This document shows, in pieces, positions 46,777 through 60,865 of a stretch of 64,000 nucleotides of DNA. How positions within the stretch are numbered: the first letter of the stretch is position 1; every line of letters starts with the position of its first letter. Source of the stretch: the human T2T-CHM13v2.0 reference genome, Homo sapiens; assembly GCF_009914755.1 (NCBI RefSeq), contig NC_060937.1. One strand, given 5' to 3'. Under the pieces are notes generated by a model that was not told the origin of the DNA, did not search any database, and saw only the letters and a program-made list of their open reading frames with translations. The position numbers were made by a program, and so were the translations under genes.

Positions 46777-47315
46777 TGTGGTAGATTAAAGATAACTAAA
46801 ATCTTTTGTCACTCTTCCCATTTCCGGAGTGGAGTATATTAATTCCACTCCTCTTGAATCTAGGCTGGCTTTAGTGACAACCTTGATGAGAAGAATGTGG
46901 CAGAATGTATGTGCCAGTCTTGGGGCCCAGGCATTAATGGATTGTTAGTATCCACTTCCAATCCCTTGGGACACTTTCTGGGAGCCCCAAGCCTCGCTGA
47001 AAGAAGTCTGACTATGCAGAAAAGGCCTCTCCCAGATGCTCTGGCTGATGATCCCAGCTGAGCCCAGTCTTTCTGTTTTCTCCGCCCTGGTACCAGACAT
47101 GTGAATGACAATGGCTGGGATTCTCTAGATTAGAACATCTCCTAAAATTAAGCCCACAGTGAAGGCCACCAACATTAGATGTAAACGAGAATCATTTATC
47201 TCAGCCTTGCCTGAATTTGGAACCACTAATGTTAGAATATTTTATTAAAAAAGAACAGTTGTTTTAACACGCTAAGGTTTGGGATAGTGTGTTCTTTAAC
47301 AATAAATAACTTAAT
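46777..47315 (+). mobile_element. MLT1 (G/H-like) solo LTR
   Basis: TGTGGTAGATTAAAGAT...CTTGAATCTAGGCTGGCTTTAGTGAC...TAAGGTTTGGGATAGTGTGTT. Confidence 0.65.
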
Positions 47316-47362
47316 TAAAAGAAGTGACAAGATCTGATTTTCATACTATACATATCTATCCC

Positions 47363-47713
47363 TGATATGGTTTGGCTGACCCCACCCAAATATCATCTTG
47401 AATTATAGCTCCCATAATCCCCATGTGTTGTAAGAGAAAACAGGTGGAGATAATTGAATCACAGAGGCAGTTTTCCCCATCCTGTTCTTGTGGTAATGAG
47501 TTAGTTCTCACAAGATTTAATGGTTTTATAAAGGGCTGCTCCCTTCGCTGGGCACTCATTCTCTCTCCTGCCAGTCCATGAAGAGGTGCCTTCCACCCTA
47601 TTTGTAAGTTTCCTGAGGTCTACCCAGCCATGAGGAACTGTGAGTCAATTAAACCTCTTTCCTTTATAAATTACCCAGTCTTGGTCATAGCGGTATGAGA
47701 ATGGACTAATACA
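47363..47713 (+). mobile_element. THE1 solo LTR
   Basis: TGATATGGTTTGGCTG...GGACTAATACA. TSD ATCCC / ATGCC. Confidence 0.9.
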
Positions 47714-48039
47714 ATGCCCTTGGCCTTTGTGACACTGGGAAGAATATAATCACTGGGTTTGAGTATGAATACTGTAATGATATAAGGAGGCCCTCAGAGA
47801 AATTCAAATGAGAGATTATGAGGGTCTGAACAAAATCAGTGTTATTAGATATGAAGAGGAAAATAATGAATTAAAAAATATTTTTCTCTTCTGCATTTTT
47901 TTTCTTTTGCCCTTAAGTTTCTTTTCTACTGCATGGTTACAGTTTAGGGAAAGTGAACTCACTAGAAAGCCAAAGTCCATTTGTTGTGCTCTTAGAAAAT
48001 TCTTGAAAATAATATTTTCTTGGCATTTTTTTGTTTGAG

Positions 48040-48218
48040 ATACACACACACACATATGTGTATATATATATATACACACGTGTGTATACACGTGTGTGTA
48101 TATATACACGTGTGTATACACGTGTGTGTGTATGTATACACGTGTGTGTGTATATATACACGTGTGTGTGTATATACACGTGTGTGTGTATATATACACA
48201 CACACATATATATGTGTA
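48040..48218. repeat. Alternating purine-pyrimidine minisatellite with 7 CACGTG
   Basis: Read directly. Confidence 0.95.
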
Positions 48219-49473
48219 GCAAAGATTTTGGAGAATTCAGAATCTACTGTTTGCATCATAAACACTAAATGGGGAAAGATGCAAAATGATTTCAGACCTT
48301 GCTGCAGCAACAATCCCCTAGGTGAGAAGAAAGAGAATAAGCAAAGGAGAGTAATATAGGGGGATAATGGTGGTTTTGAGTATTTCTGTGTGAGCTCAGC
48401 AGTATGCCCATTACTGGAGTTAAATTCTAAAGTATAAGGTAGTTTATATCACCTTTAAAAAAATTTTTGGCCAGGACCAAGAGTTAGAATTCACCTAACA
48501 ATTCAACCCAATACAAAAACAAAACAAAACAAAACAAAAAAACTCCCAAAACAGTCATTTTACAAAACATCCTGTTGGTCCTACAATGACAAATGTGGTG
48601 TTTCCTGGGCTATTTTCTAAATTTTGGTTAAACTGTATGACCCAATAGGTTGACGTCATGAGCTACAACTTTCAGTTTGAAAAGCACTCTTCTCCAGAAA
48701 ACAATATGTGTAATGGATAGAAAAGAATCGATTTTCATGAATGTAGCCTAGGAAGACTGAAAACCTCTTGAAGAATGTCTACATAGAGCATAGATTCAGA
48801 GTAATTGAATATTTGCTTCTAAAAGATGTCCTGAGATCAACAAGAGAACATCCTAACTTGAAGTGGCAGATGCAGCCACAGGTTCCTATAGCCCCGTTTA
48901 AAAGAGCTGGGGACATATCATAGAATGGGGCAAGGGATGTAACTGTCTGGGATCTGGATAAGCAGCATGCAGACTGCCTGTATGGACAGTGACTGAATGC
49001 TGTCAGGACCCAGTGACTGATGTTAATGCTGGGAAACCACACACACAAGGAACAGCTACATCTCAGCAGTGGCTAGCAGGAGATGCCACGAGGACAAGGA
49101 GGACCAGTGACACAGTCTTCTTCTATGATGCTAGGCTGATAAAAAACCAAAAATGTTCTGACCCCCTGCCTGCCCCAGAGTTCTCTATTAGTCTGGGGAT
49201 ATGAGAGATCTTATATATAAAATCTCTCTTTCCCAGCCAGATTTTGAATCATTTATGAGATGACAAAGGAGTCAGATTGATGGAGATCAAAATATATTTT
49301 TATTATGGATAAAGCAGAAGGAAAATATGAACTTAGGTTTATTGTATACATGTATTTCTTTTGTCAATTAGTCAGTCTTATTTAGTCGCAGCCAGTATTA
49401 TAAAACCATAGATGGCCCAAGAGGGCACTACTTATAGGAAGAGAGAATTTGTGCCTCCTGAAGGCAGGCTATT

Positions 49474-49475
49474 TG

Positions 49476-49512
<37 letters not shown>
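49474..49512. repeat. (TG)n microsatellite
   Basis: Read directly. Confidence 0.95.
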
Positions 49513-49513
<1 letters not shown>

Positions 49514-50403
49514 AGAGAATGGGGTCAGTAACAGAGAGAGATAGAAAGAGAGAGCTAGAGAAAGGTGGAAAAGAGGGAGAGAGAAAGGATATGAGCAAAT
49601 AATATAAATTATCTTATATATCACATCATTGTTGTTACTGAATATTTCTTCTGAATATATTTTTAGGCTTTGCCAATTTAGATGTCTTTTAATTTAAATT
49701 AAAATCATGTTGAAATGAAAATGTAAAATAACACTATATATTTACAACATGAAGAAACTTCTAGCAATCCAGTTTTTAAAAATGAAAACACGTGCACAAA
49801 ATTATCTTAACAATTAGTGAACTACAGGCAGTCAATATGAAGAATATATACAAATAATACTTGGAAAAATTAAAAAATGTTATTAGCAGTAATAACAGTA
49901 ATAGTTAATCCTTTTTAATTTATTATTGTTTTATCAGTTTGCCATTTGAAAATAAAAAATACTTTTTCACTAGCTCTTCTTTACCCTTATTGTTTGCTGC
50001 ATACAATGAATTAAGGGCCAATTTGCAAAACCAAATTTGAGACCTACCAGAGGATGAGAGACAAAGGTCTCAGGAAAATGAGAGATATCGAGTTGGAAAG
50101 GAAAGTACTAATCTTCATCTTTACTTCTGAAGCTTGGGCAGTAAATTCTTCCATTAGCACCTATTGAAGTCTAATCCAGAGACTGGGAAATGGACCACTG
50201 CATATACCACACGGATGCTTTTGTTAGGACCACTGTCCCCAATGCTTCTTAAAAGCAAGATGTTGCCACAAGCTCTGAGGCCACTACCACTCCCACTATT
50301 GTGGATGGGTCTGACCGGAGGGCCCTGATTCATGGGCCCCAGCTACAGAAAGGCTAGAAAGAGAACTATCTGGTACTTTCAGTATCTATATTGAAAACCA
50401 GGG

Positions 50404-50695
50404 GGCTGGGCATGGTGGCTCCCACCTGTAATCCTAGCACTTTGGGAGGCTGAGGTAGGCGGACTACTTGATGTCAGGAGTTTGAGACCAGCCTGGTCAA
50501 CATGATGTAACCCCATTTCTATTAAAAATCCACTGCCATGGTGGCACACACCTGTAATCCCAGATACTTGGGTGGCTGAAGCAGGAGAATCACTTGAACC
50601 CATGATGCGAAGCCTGCAGTAAACCAAGATCACACCATTGCACTCCAGCCTGACCAACAGAGTGAGACTCTGTCTCAAAAAACAAATAAATAAAC
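50404..50695 (+). mobile_element. Diverged Alu (S/J)
   Basis: Dimer with a short linker deletion. TSD-like AAAACCAGG / AAAACCCAGG. Confidence 0.9.
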
Positions 50696-50899
50696 AAAAC
50701 CCAGGCTCTGTCTAATAAGGAAAGGGATTTTACAAACTTAAGATGGAGGTTCGGATGCTGGACAGACAAGAATAATTACAAATATTTTTATGCCTCGCCA
50801 TCCTCAGCAGTCTTGACTGTGTCACTTAATAGAGATTTCTCTAATTACCAATCCAAAGAGAGGACTTCCCCTTCGTAAAAGTTAGCAAAGATCCTCACT

Positions 50900-51343
50900 A
50901 TGCCAACATCCAGGAATAAAAGTACAAACACTTCTGCCCACTGCAATTTGGGCTACAGCTTCACCAGTTGCCTGAGTCCAGAGACACAGAATGCACTCAT
51001 ACATATCAAGTTGTAGAAAGTGGGTCACTACTTACAAATACACAGCAAGGGACAAAAGAAGACTCAGAGCCATCGTGAGCTTGTCTCCCAAGGCTCAAGA
51101 AAGCTGTGCAGGGTGGATGGAGTCTTCACTGCATGTGTACCACTTGCACCACAGCTGAAGGACTCCAAAAGGCAGACCACCCTCAGGGGCTACACGACGA
51201 ACTGGGCAAAACTTTAAAGGGCATCCTGCTTTAGGGGAGAGATCAAAGCCTGGGCTGTGGTTATTTTGAGAGCCACATGCAGAAAAGTAAGGGTATTGGG
51301 GAGAACTGGGTCAGTCCAGGGCCACTCAGAGAACTGTCCACCA
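50900..51343 (-). mobile_element. MER74-like ERVL LTR
   Basis: Minus strand begins GGACAGTTCTCTGAGTGGCCCTGGACTGACCCAGTTCTCCC. Confidence 0.6.
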
Positions 51344-51629
51344 TCACTTTGCCCTTTTGTCTGTAGAGCAACCTGGTGGGAGTTTGTTGGGTTTATAAGG
51401 CAGTATCATCAAATTTTAGTTGATTTTCCTTAACATAGGTAGATAAAAACTTTGTGAGTCTGAGAGGCTGTTGAAAATCTATCAGATCAACTAACAGTCA
51501 GGATCAAATTGAAAGAAGTGGTAGAAAAATAAGTGAAATGTGGAGCAGGGAAAGAATAAACAAAGAGGATATTGCCAGGGCTGGAATTTTAGGGAAAGAT
51601 ATTAATAACATAATCCTGCTAAACATCTG

Positions 51630-51812
51630 ATAACAGCTATTTGCAGTGTGATTGGACTTGCCCGGTCTTACTGATTACCTTGGGAACTTGTTATAAATAA
51701 AGATTTCTAGGATCAACACAGACTAAGTGAATCAGAGATTCTAAAAGCCTTGACATATTTATTTTCATGTCCAAGATGATTCTTGTGCTCAGATTAGTTT
51801 GGGAAATTCCGG
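51630..51812. mobile_element. MER5-like hAT fragment
   Basis: GATTACCTTGGGAACTTGTT...AGACTAAGTGAATCAGA...GATGATTCTTGTGC...AGTTTGGGAA. Confidence 0.5.
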
Positions 51813-54289
51813 GGCCTTAGATCATATTTGTTGACATTAGGTCCTAGATTGCAGTCAGTTAATCTAAGTTGCCTGGGTCAATATGCAGTTAAATGATATG
51901 ACATTGATAATTTAGGAAACTAGCGAATAAGTGTTGCCCTTTCAGCTGGCACCTAGGAATTCTTAGCCTGAACGACTTCTTTTAGTGCCTAAACAACTCT
52001 CTAGGACTTCCATTGACTCTCCTGGCCTTTAAGACACAGTAAAAAGGTAACTTTTGATGTCAGGGATAAAGCTTGTAAATTCTCTGTGACCTAACAACTT
52101 TTAAAATTCCTCAGCCATGAAAGGATGCCATATGATATTTATCTCTTTAATAAGTCTTCTTTTTCTGATTGACTGAGTACCTGCTTCTATCATTTATTTT
52201 TAAGTGTACTTCTTCTATTGATCTAGATACTTATGTTACAGATGCATTGTAAAAATCACAAGAATAAAGCACTTTAGCTCACTTTAATATGCAGATGTAG
52301 AAAATAAAATACATTTTCTATGAATGAGAATTCATGCACTTTTAGTTAAAATTATCTACTTGACTTTCCAAAACTATAGCATTTCATCTATAATTAAGGA
52401 AGAAAACACGTATTTTAGTCTTAGTCATTTGATCTCTGGAGAATTTGGGAGTATGTATATATGTGATGGATGGTGTGTTGTGTGTGGTTTTGATGCATAT
52501 GCGTGCATGTGCTGTGCGGTGGTTATCCATGCATGAGTCTGTGCGTATATGTATGTTTGGTGTGTACATAGCGATACAGCTGTGTGTGTGTGATGTGGGT
52601 GAGTGTTTGTGTGTGTTTTCTTCATATTTTTATTGAAGATTTTGGCCAGTCTTTACCTGCAGCACTCACAGGTGGAATAACATGTTGTCTCCGGTGTCCT
52701 TTTTGATATTAATAGGATTCCCCAGGGTCTGAAAAAATGTTCACCTGTCTCCTTGGAAGAGATAAAAATTTCTGATTTTTTTTTGTCTTTTTTATTGTTT
52801 AGTAGCTGGATTCTTTTTGAGAATAAATGGAATTAGGGGAAATGATGTAAAGATAGATAGTGGGATAAATCAAATAGCCTTTATAAAACTAAAGGTCCGA
52901 AAAACTCCTTGAAAGTTTAATTTTAGCCTATTCTCATGCTTCAAACTACGGTATGTTTCTAAATTTTTAGTCTGAAGACTTTCCTTCCCCATTGTTTTAG
53001 GGGCATTAAAATGTTTACTTACTTGATTTGGTTATGACATTTACATTTTGTGACATGTTATTTTCTCTCTTATAAGTGTTTTCATGACCTGTAATCTGCA
53101 TGGTAATATAAGTTAAACACTCACATTAATCTAGACTGTTTTGGTAAAAAATTATCTTTATTTCTCTCAAATAAAACAATACATTTCTTGAAAGAAGTGA
53201 AACTTTCTCATGCTTTTTTTTCCCTCAAGTTTCCCAGGCTTAAAAACCCACTGTAAGGCACAGAGCATGCCTTCAATGAATAATTACTGATTTCACTTGT
53301 AAGATTTGGATGGTGAAATTTTTTAGTATATGTGTTGAAATTGTTTAATGTATGTATGAGGTCTACCTTTGATCTGGACTGATAGAAATGTGGTTAATTC
53401 TCATAAAACAGTAGGGAAAAAACCTGCCTTCTTCTCCAACTATGTTCTTGCTCTTAGAAGACACAGAGAAGCTAAGGTACACATTTTGTCTAATAAATAT
53501 CCATAGGAAAGAAGATGTTTTCATTAACTGCATAGGATATTGGTAACAGAAAGCAACAAGTTAAAGGAAAAGCTATAATAAGAAAAATGAATCAAAAAGG
53601 AAGCAAGAAGAATAAGAATAAAAGTGAGAGAACTATTAAAGTCATAAAGAACAAACCAATATATAAAAAGGAGAAGAGGCTATGAAAAGGGGAAAAAATC
53701 GAAGATTCAGTATTTAAAATCATGAGTTAGTTAAATTCACTAGAACAAGCCTAAAATAGTGACACAATCACATAGATTTTTCAGTCTGAATAATGTCTAA
53801 ATGGTAAATAGAAAATAAAAATCAATTTCAGCTGAAAACTTTAACTGAGTTCAAGCATACGTAATAAGTTGTACCTTCCGTGTAACATTTGGTTAGCTGG
53901 GCCAATAGAAAACTAGCCTTGCTGGGAGACAGGGTGGCCCTTTGAAAGTTTCAGTTATATCCATCCTGTGCAGAAGACCCTAAAATTCTGAGCACTCCAC
54001 TTCTAGTCTCTCCTATCTTATTCTCCAAACACATATTACAAAGGAGCTTGGGAACCTGGAGGGACTGAGAGTCAATGCCATTTTCATTAAATTTGTAATA
54101 TGAGACAGCATTCCTAAATGGAGACTGTTCAGAAATAGAAGGGGGCTACTCTAGAAATGAAAAGTAGGAAAATGGGAAAGGTTGAAATTGATCAAACTTT
54201 GTCTCTCCCCATCCTTAATAAGTCTGGTATAAGAATTATTTTGAAAAATGTTGTACTTGCTGGTCCACACACCATTCTACAATAACATA

Positions 54290-54540
54290 TAAGACCAAAT
54301 TGAAGCCTAGGCAATACAGTGAGGCACATTTATACAAAAAATAGAAATAAAAAATTAGGTGGGTGTAGTGACACACAGCTGTTTTCCTAGCTACATGGGA
54401 GGCTGAGGCAGAAGGATCACTTGAGCCTGGGAGGTTGAGGCTGCAGTGAGCCATGATTGTGCCACTGTACCGTAGCCTGGGCAACAGTGAGAGACCTTGT
54501 CTCAAAACAAAAACAAAAATAAAAACAAGTTAAAATAAAA
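54290..54540 (+). mobile_element. 5'-truncated AluJ
   Basis: J-type right arm GGATCACTTGAGCCTGGGAGGTTGAGGCTGCAGTGAGCCATGATTG. Confidence 0.85.
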
Positions 54541-54819
54541 TTTGGTCTAGGCTAGTAAATATTATTATAAATTTTAGGAGCTTTTAAACTTTTTAGTCGA
54601 TTTGGTGTTTCATTTACCATCTTTGCATTAATTGTCCCTAATACGCTTACTAAACGTTAGGCACTTTCTTGTTTTAAGTCTAATGTTAGTGTCTAGTGCA
54701 ATTTCATTCTCCAGCCTTGTCCAAAAGAAATATAAGATTTAGTTAATATAATGGAGGCATATATGGAGAAAGGGGGGGAACAGTAAAGCTATTCAGGACC
54801 AGAAAATAAGCATATTGGC

Positions 54820-55490
54820 TGTAGTAGGCAGAACTCTAAGATGGCTACCAAAATTCTTGACCTCTGGTGTGCAAACCCTAGATAATCCTCTCTACTTGAC
54901 TGTGATTGTAATGTACTATAATTTTCATGATTATGTTATGTTATATTATATGATGAAGATGAAGGGATTTTTCAGATATAATTCAGGTCCCTAATCAGTT
55001 CACTTTAAGCTAATTAAAGGAACTCTCCTGGATGTGTGTGACTTAATCAGATGAGAATACTTTAAAAGAGAATTAGGAGGTTAGAGATAAGTCAGAAAGA
55101 TTAAAAGGAAGAAAGAAAAATAGACATGAGAAAGAGGAGAGAGGGTGAGGAAGAAGGAGAAAGAGAGAGAGAAAGAGAGACGAAGTGAGAAAGAGAGAGA
55201 GGAAGTGAGAGAAAGAGAGAGAGAAAGAGAGACAGACAGAGACAGAGAAAGACAGATATTCCCTTCCCTTTTTGGCCTCAAAGAAGCAATCAGCCATGCT
55301 CTAAATGAACTGCTTGTGGAGAGGACATGTGGAAAGGACCCCAGGGCAGCCTCTAAGAGGTAGAGCAGTCCAGGACCAGAAGCCAACATAAAAATTGAGA
55401 CTCTAGTTTTACAACTATAAGAAACCAAATTCTGCCAAAAATCAGTGAGCGTGGATGAGGACCCTCAGCATCCAATTTCTGATTACCATT
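54820..55490 (+). mobile_element. MLT1D/E LTR with internal GA-rich expansion (about 55085-55255)
   Basis: TGTAGTAGGCAGAACTCTAAGATGGCT...GAAGGGATTTTTCAGATATAATTCAGGTCCCTAATCAGTT. Confidence 0.7.
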
Positions 55491-56754
55491 GAACCATTCT
55501 TTTTCCATCCTTTTACTTTTAACCTGACTTTGCCCATATATATATACCACATTAGTTGAGTCTTGCTATTTTATTTAGTCTGCCAATCCTTGCCTTTAAA
55601 TTAGAATGTTTAAGCCATTTATATTAAATGTGTGTAACCAATATGGTTGGGTTCAAAATTGCCATCTTGCTAATATTTTTCCATCTGTTCCATCTGTTAT
55701 TTGTTTATTTTTTCATCTTGTCCTATTTCTTTTTAAAATTGTGGTTAAACATACATACTACAAAATTTACCATCTTAATAATTTTAAATGTATAGTTCAA
55801 TACTGTAAAGAAGTATATTCACATTGTAACATATCTCTAGGAGATTTTCATATTGTAATTTTAAAACTCCATACCCATTAAATAACTTGCCATTTCCCTC
55901 TCCCATCAGCATATTTTCCACAAATTTTATCTTTCTCATTCTCCCTAAACTCTGTTCTGTTTCCTCAAATCAAAGTTTCCTTTTCCTCCACCATGAACCC
56001 AAAAGTGCTTCCAAGAAGATATCCAAGACAACTATAGCATTTACTTTTTTGTGTTTCTCTTTGTTTTAGGAATCACAGTCCAGTGTTTGTGTCCAATATC
56101 TCAAAATATATGTTTCATATATTTTATCAAGTTTCTTAGTTTTCTGCCAAGACGGTGAAGTCCTTTCCCACTTATTCTGTCATGATCAGAAGCAGGAGTT
56201 TTCCTTAAGTTTCTTTTCAGTTTCTGACCTGTACCTGCCCTGGAACTAGTAGCTTCTATAAACACATAAATTGGTAATTTATCTAAAGTCCTGCAGGTGC
56301 TAAGATTGTTGTCTCTTACTAAAATGAAATATGGCTCTTACCTTAACTTGTGAGTTTACAAAAGCCTTTATAAAGAAACCAGGGTTTGAATGAGCATGAA
56401 CATATGAGTACTAAGCAGGAAGAATAAGAAATATCAGACACGCTTTCTGCTTTCCAAGCAGGATTAGCACATTCATTAAGATATGTAATCGATTGGGCAC
56501 TCTGTATTAATATTAGGCTAGAATATGGGGTTACAATAAATCAACCATAAATTTTCAGTGATTGACTATAAAAGGTTGTTTATTGGTTACATGTAGTTTT
56601 ATCTTAAACCTGTGACCCTTACCTTTCTTGTAGAGACATCATCTGAAATATGTGGCTTCAAAGCTCACCAGACAATGAGAAGAATTGATAGAACTGCCCA
56701 CAATGTTTAAGGATAGTCTTAAAAGATGTTTGAATATACATGTTCAAATACATA

Positions 56755-56764
56755 TGTGTGTGTA

Positions 56765-56798
<34 letters not shown>

Positions 56799-56826
56799 AG
56801 AAAGAGAGGAGAGAGGGAGAGACAGA
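56755..56826. repeat. (TG)n(AG)n compound microsatellite
   Basis: Read directly. Confidence 0.9.
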
Positions 56827-57059
56827 GGTATTATTATGAAGCTAGGCACATAGAAACAGAGGTAAGAATGAAGATACCAAAGTGAACAAACAAGATTAGG
56901 GTTTTGACTTCATGGAACAGAAATTATAGTGAAAACCATCACAGATAAAAGACAAGCAACACGTTCAGAAACAAAAAGAAAAACCAGACTGTGCCCATTT
57001 TAACAGAGAAAATAAAGTGTGATAGAGAAAATAAAATTGGGCTTCTTTGTTCTGGTAAT

Positions 57060-57885
<826 letters not shown>

Positions 57886-57927
57886 ACTTTTTTTTAGTTG
57901 CAAGTGACATAAGCCCATCATACTACC

Positions 57928-58380
57928 TGCATTTGTTTTTATATATTGCATAGCAGGTTACAATGAACTTGGTGGCTTAAAGCAACACACACTATTATTG
58001 CATGTTTTTGGTGAATCTGCAGTCTAAGAAACGTTTAGCTAGTTCATCTGCAAGGCTGTAATCAGGATGGGAGCAAGGTATGTAGTCTCATCTGGAGGCT
58101 CAGCTGGGGAAGATCTGCACACGAGCTCATTTAGGTTCTTGGCAGAATTAATTTCCCTGTAGATGTTGTATGCATGGCAGTTTGTTTCTTCAAAGCTAGC
58201 AAGGGGAGCAAAACTTGTCAGTGGGTCTGCTATCAAAATGAATGTTATATAATGTAACACAATTACAGAATGTTTAGAAGCAAGTCACAGGTCCCACCTA
58301 CACTCAAAGAAGAGGATTATATAAGGGTGAATACACTATGACAAAGATCATGTGGAGACCTTAAAGTCTGTCTGCAACAC
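57928..58380 (-). mobile_element. MLT1D/E LTR
   Basis: AACTTGGTGGCTTAAAGCAACAC...TCATCTGGAGGCTCAGCTGGGGAAGATCTGC...TCACAGGTCCCACCTACACTCAA. Confidence 0.65.
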
Positions 58381-60865
58381 CAGCTAAGCAAAATTTATAA
58401 TTTCCTTACTTATGTAAATGAAAAGTTGTATAAGAATAGGCTTATTTCACAGCTGAATTGAGTCAACTCTCATCTTTTCAGTGATAATCTGGAAGTCAAG
58501 GAGAGTTGGGCACAAAGAAAATGAAATGTGCTACTTAGTAATCTTTATTGTATAGTTTAAAGCTTAAAACTCCCCTGGGGCAACCAACATTAGTGTAACT
58601 ACATCCTCTTAAGGATGTGTAGATTAATGGTTTATACCTGGTTTAAGCAATTCACAGCCTGGTATTTGCTATGTGATTTTGGTGTATAAGAGACCTTTCA
58701 CTAAACATGTCCCAGACACCTCTGAATCTAAAATAACTTTCACATATGTTGGTGGTTCAAAATCTGAAGACAAATTGTGCTCTCTGCCACTAAAATGAGC
58801 ATAGGCAGCATTGACTGGAAGTTTTGGAATACTCTGATAATTGCCTGCATTTTCTTTCAACTGTAGTGCCAAACCCCTTATTAAAGGCTTATAGAGGTAT
58901 ACCTAGGGAGTCTTCTGAGTTTTGAAAATTATCCAACTCTGTGTAGTTTTTGCAGTTGATGCTGTGAGCAGAATATTTTAAATAATACTTTAATCTATAA
59001 TTCAAATGATGGCTAAGGCTTTGTTCAGAAGAAAGGAAAGGAAACAGGATTCTGGTGATCCTTTACTGAGGATGTGTCGCTGCCTACTCTTGGGGTGAAG
59101 TTGCCCAAGTGGTGCAATTATGAATGGGAAGAAAAGCTTATCAACTGGGGGTGGAGATAGTAAATCCAGGGTCGGTAAAAACAGTTAAGGAGATTACAAA
59201 GGAGATTCAAACACAGAGGAAATCAGCCAAGAATAAGAATTGTAGCTGCTTCTTGCTCCTTTGGCAAAAATGAAAATACTTGAGAAGCAGCCTGAGGTTG
59301 GTAAAATTTCCAAGTAATTGCTAGTGATTCAATATGTAAAGGAGATTTTGATTGCCAAATGAAGTTGGACCAATACTCCAATGAATGGAATATGGTCCTC
59401 GTCTGACCAATAATCACCAAAATGTTTTCACAATTCTCACAGAAAGAAAATCAAGAGATTACTAAAACTGGAGAATATTCAGTCGAAAACTATGCCATTT
59501 TATGGATTATCAGCAACTTCCTGATAAGCTTCTATTAAAGTGAACTTTACGCATGAGAGATCCAGGGACTGTTTCCTTTACTTTAGATTCTACCCAATGG
59601 AAAATCCAATGACTGTTTCCTTTACTTTAGATTCTGCACACTTTGTGTCTTACTTAGGACTCCCAGAAAGCTGCAGCTTTTTCAGAAATATAGATGTTCT
59701 GAAAAACATTCAATCTCTTTTTTTCAATAAGTGCAGCATTAAGCAACACATACATTGAAGAGGAAGTTTACTACTCTACCATTAGATATTAAATGTAATA
59801 GTTCTGAGGCTGTTGAAATATTGAGAATGCAAGCAATTTTTTTCCTGTGCCTGATTCTGTAATGCCAAAACCTGGGTTACATTTGCACTTTAGGAAGAAT
59901 CAATTACTACACATGATACCATCACAATACCTCTAAGTGATATGCCAGATTTTCTAAAGGAATGACGAGTTCAAAATTGCTATTGCTTCTTTTTAACAGT
60001 TTAAAATAAAATTAACATTTTCTGTCTCTTTCTTAGCTAGCAGACCAGAGTACCATAAGTTTATACTTGTCTAACATTACTCCACACAACTAAGAATGGT
60101 CAAACGGAAAATGATTAGCCATATTCATACTGCCAGTTCCATGGATCAGTCCTCCTGCTGAACCTGACAGTCCTACCCTAGAAGGGAGGATCTGGTGAAA
60201 ATTAATTACAAATAGAAAGAAGAGAATGTGATTGCAAATTAAAAGGAAGCCATTTGGATATTGCAAAAATGTGACATTAACAATATCTAGTATGTCATGA
60301 GATTATATGGCATATTTGCAGATACCAATAAGGGCGAAGCTCTTGGAATGCAGAAAACATCTTTTTTGTTTGAAGCTGTAGATTTAAAGAGAATGTTTTA
60401 AAAATACGTGTATTTCATTTACACAGATTAAATAATTATGATTGATTTATTTACAGTCCTTATCATTTTTCATTTCCACTGGTCAAATATATTTTATATA
60501 ATAATCAACATTTACTTGAATCAATCACCATTATAAACCTGCCATGAAATAAGGCTTTTGTTCTCCTTCCCCACTTTAAGGACAATGATTTCACTGTCAT
60601 TTTAATGAGTATAAATTAAATTCTAATTTTACTTTTTATATATATCATCTGTGTAACATTTTGTAGTAAATTATTCACCAGTCTTTTCCCATCTTATAAA
60701 TAAATCTGCCCAAATTAATCCAATATTGTCAAATTTTTAACAAATTATATTATTCCTTTTAAAACTCATTCTTTGCAGTTATAATAAACAAAAGTAAATA
60801 ACATTCATAATCTCTCAATCTGGAGTTATCCAGTGATATATCTCAATGACATTAACATAACCTTG

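Noticed and set aside
47816-48359. Overlapping ORFs rich in HTCIY/VCVY
   Set aside because: Translations of the stop-free alternating RY repeat.
59567-59635. CRISPR-like repeat-spacer-repeat
   Set aside because: Only two copies, human context and no cas genes. It is a local duplication.
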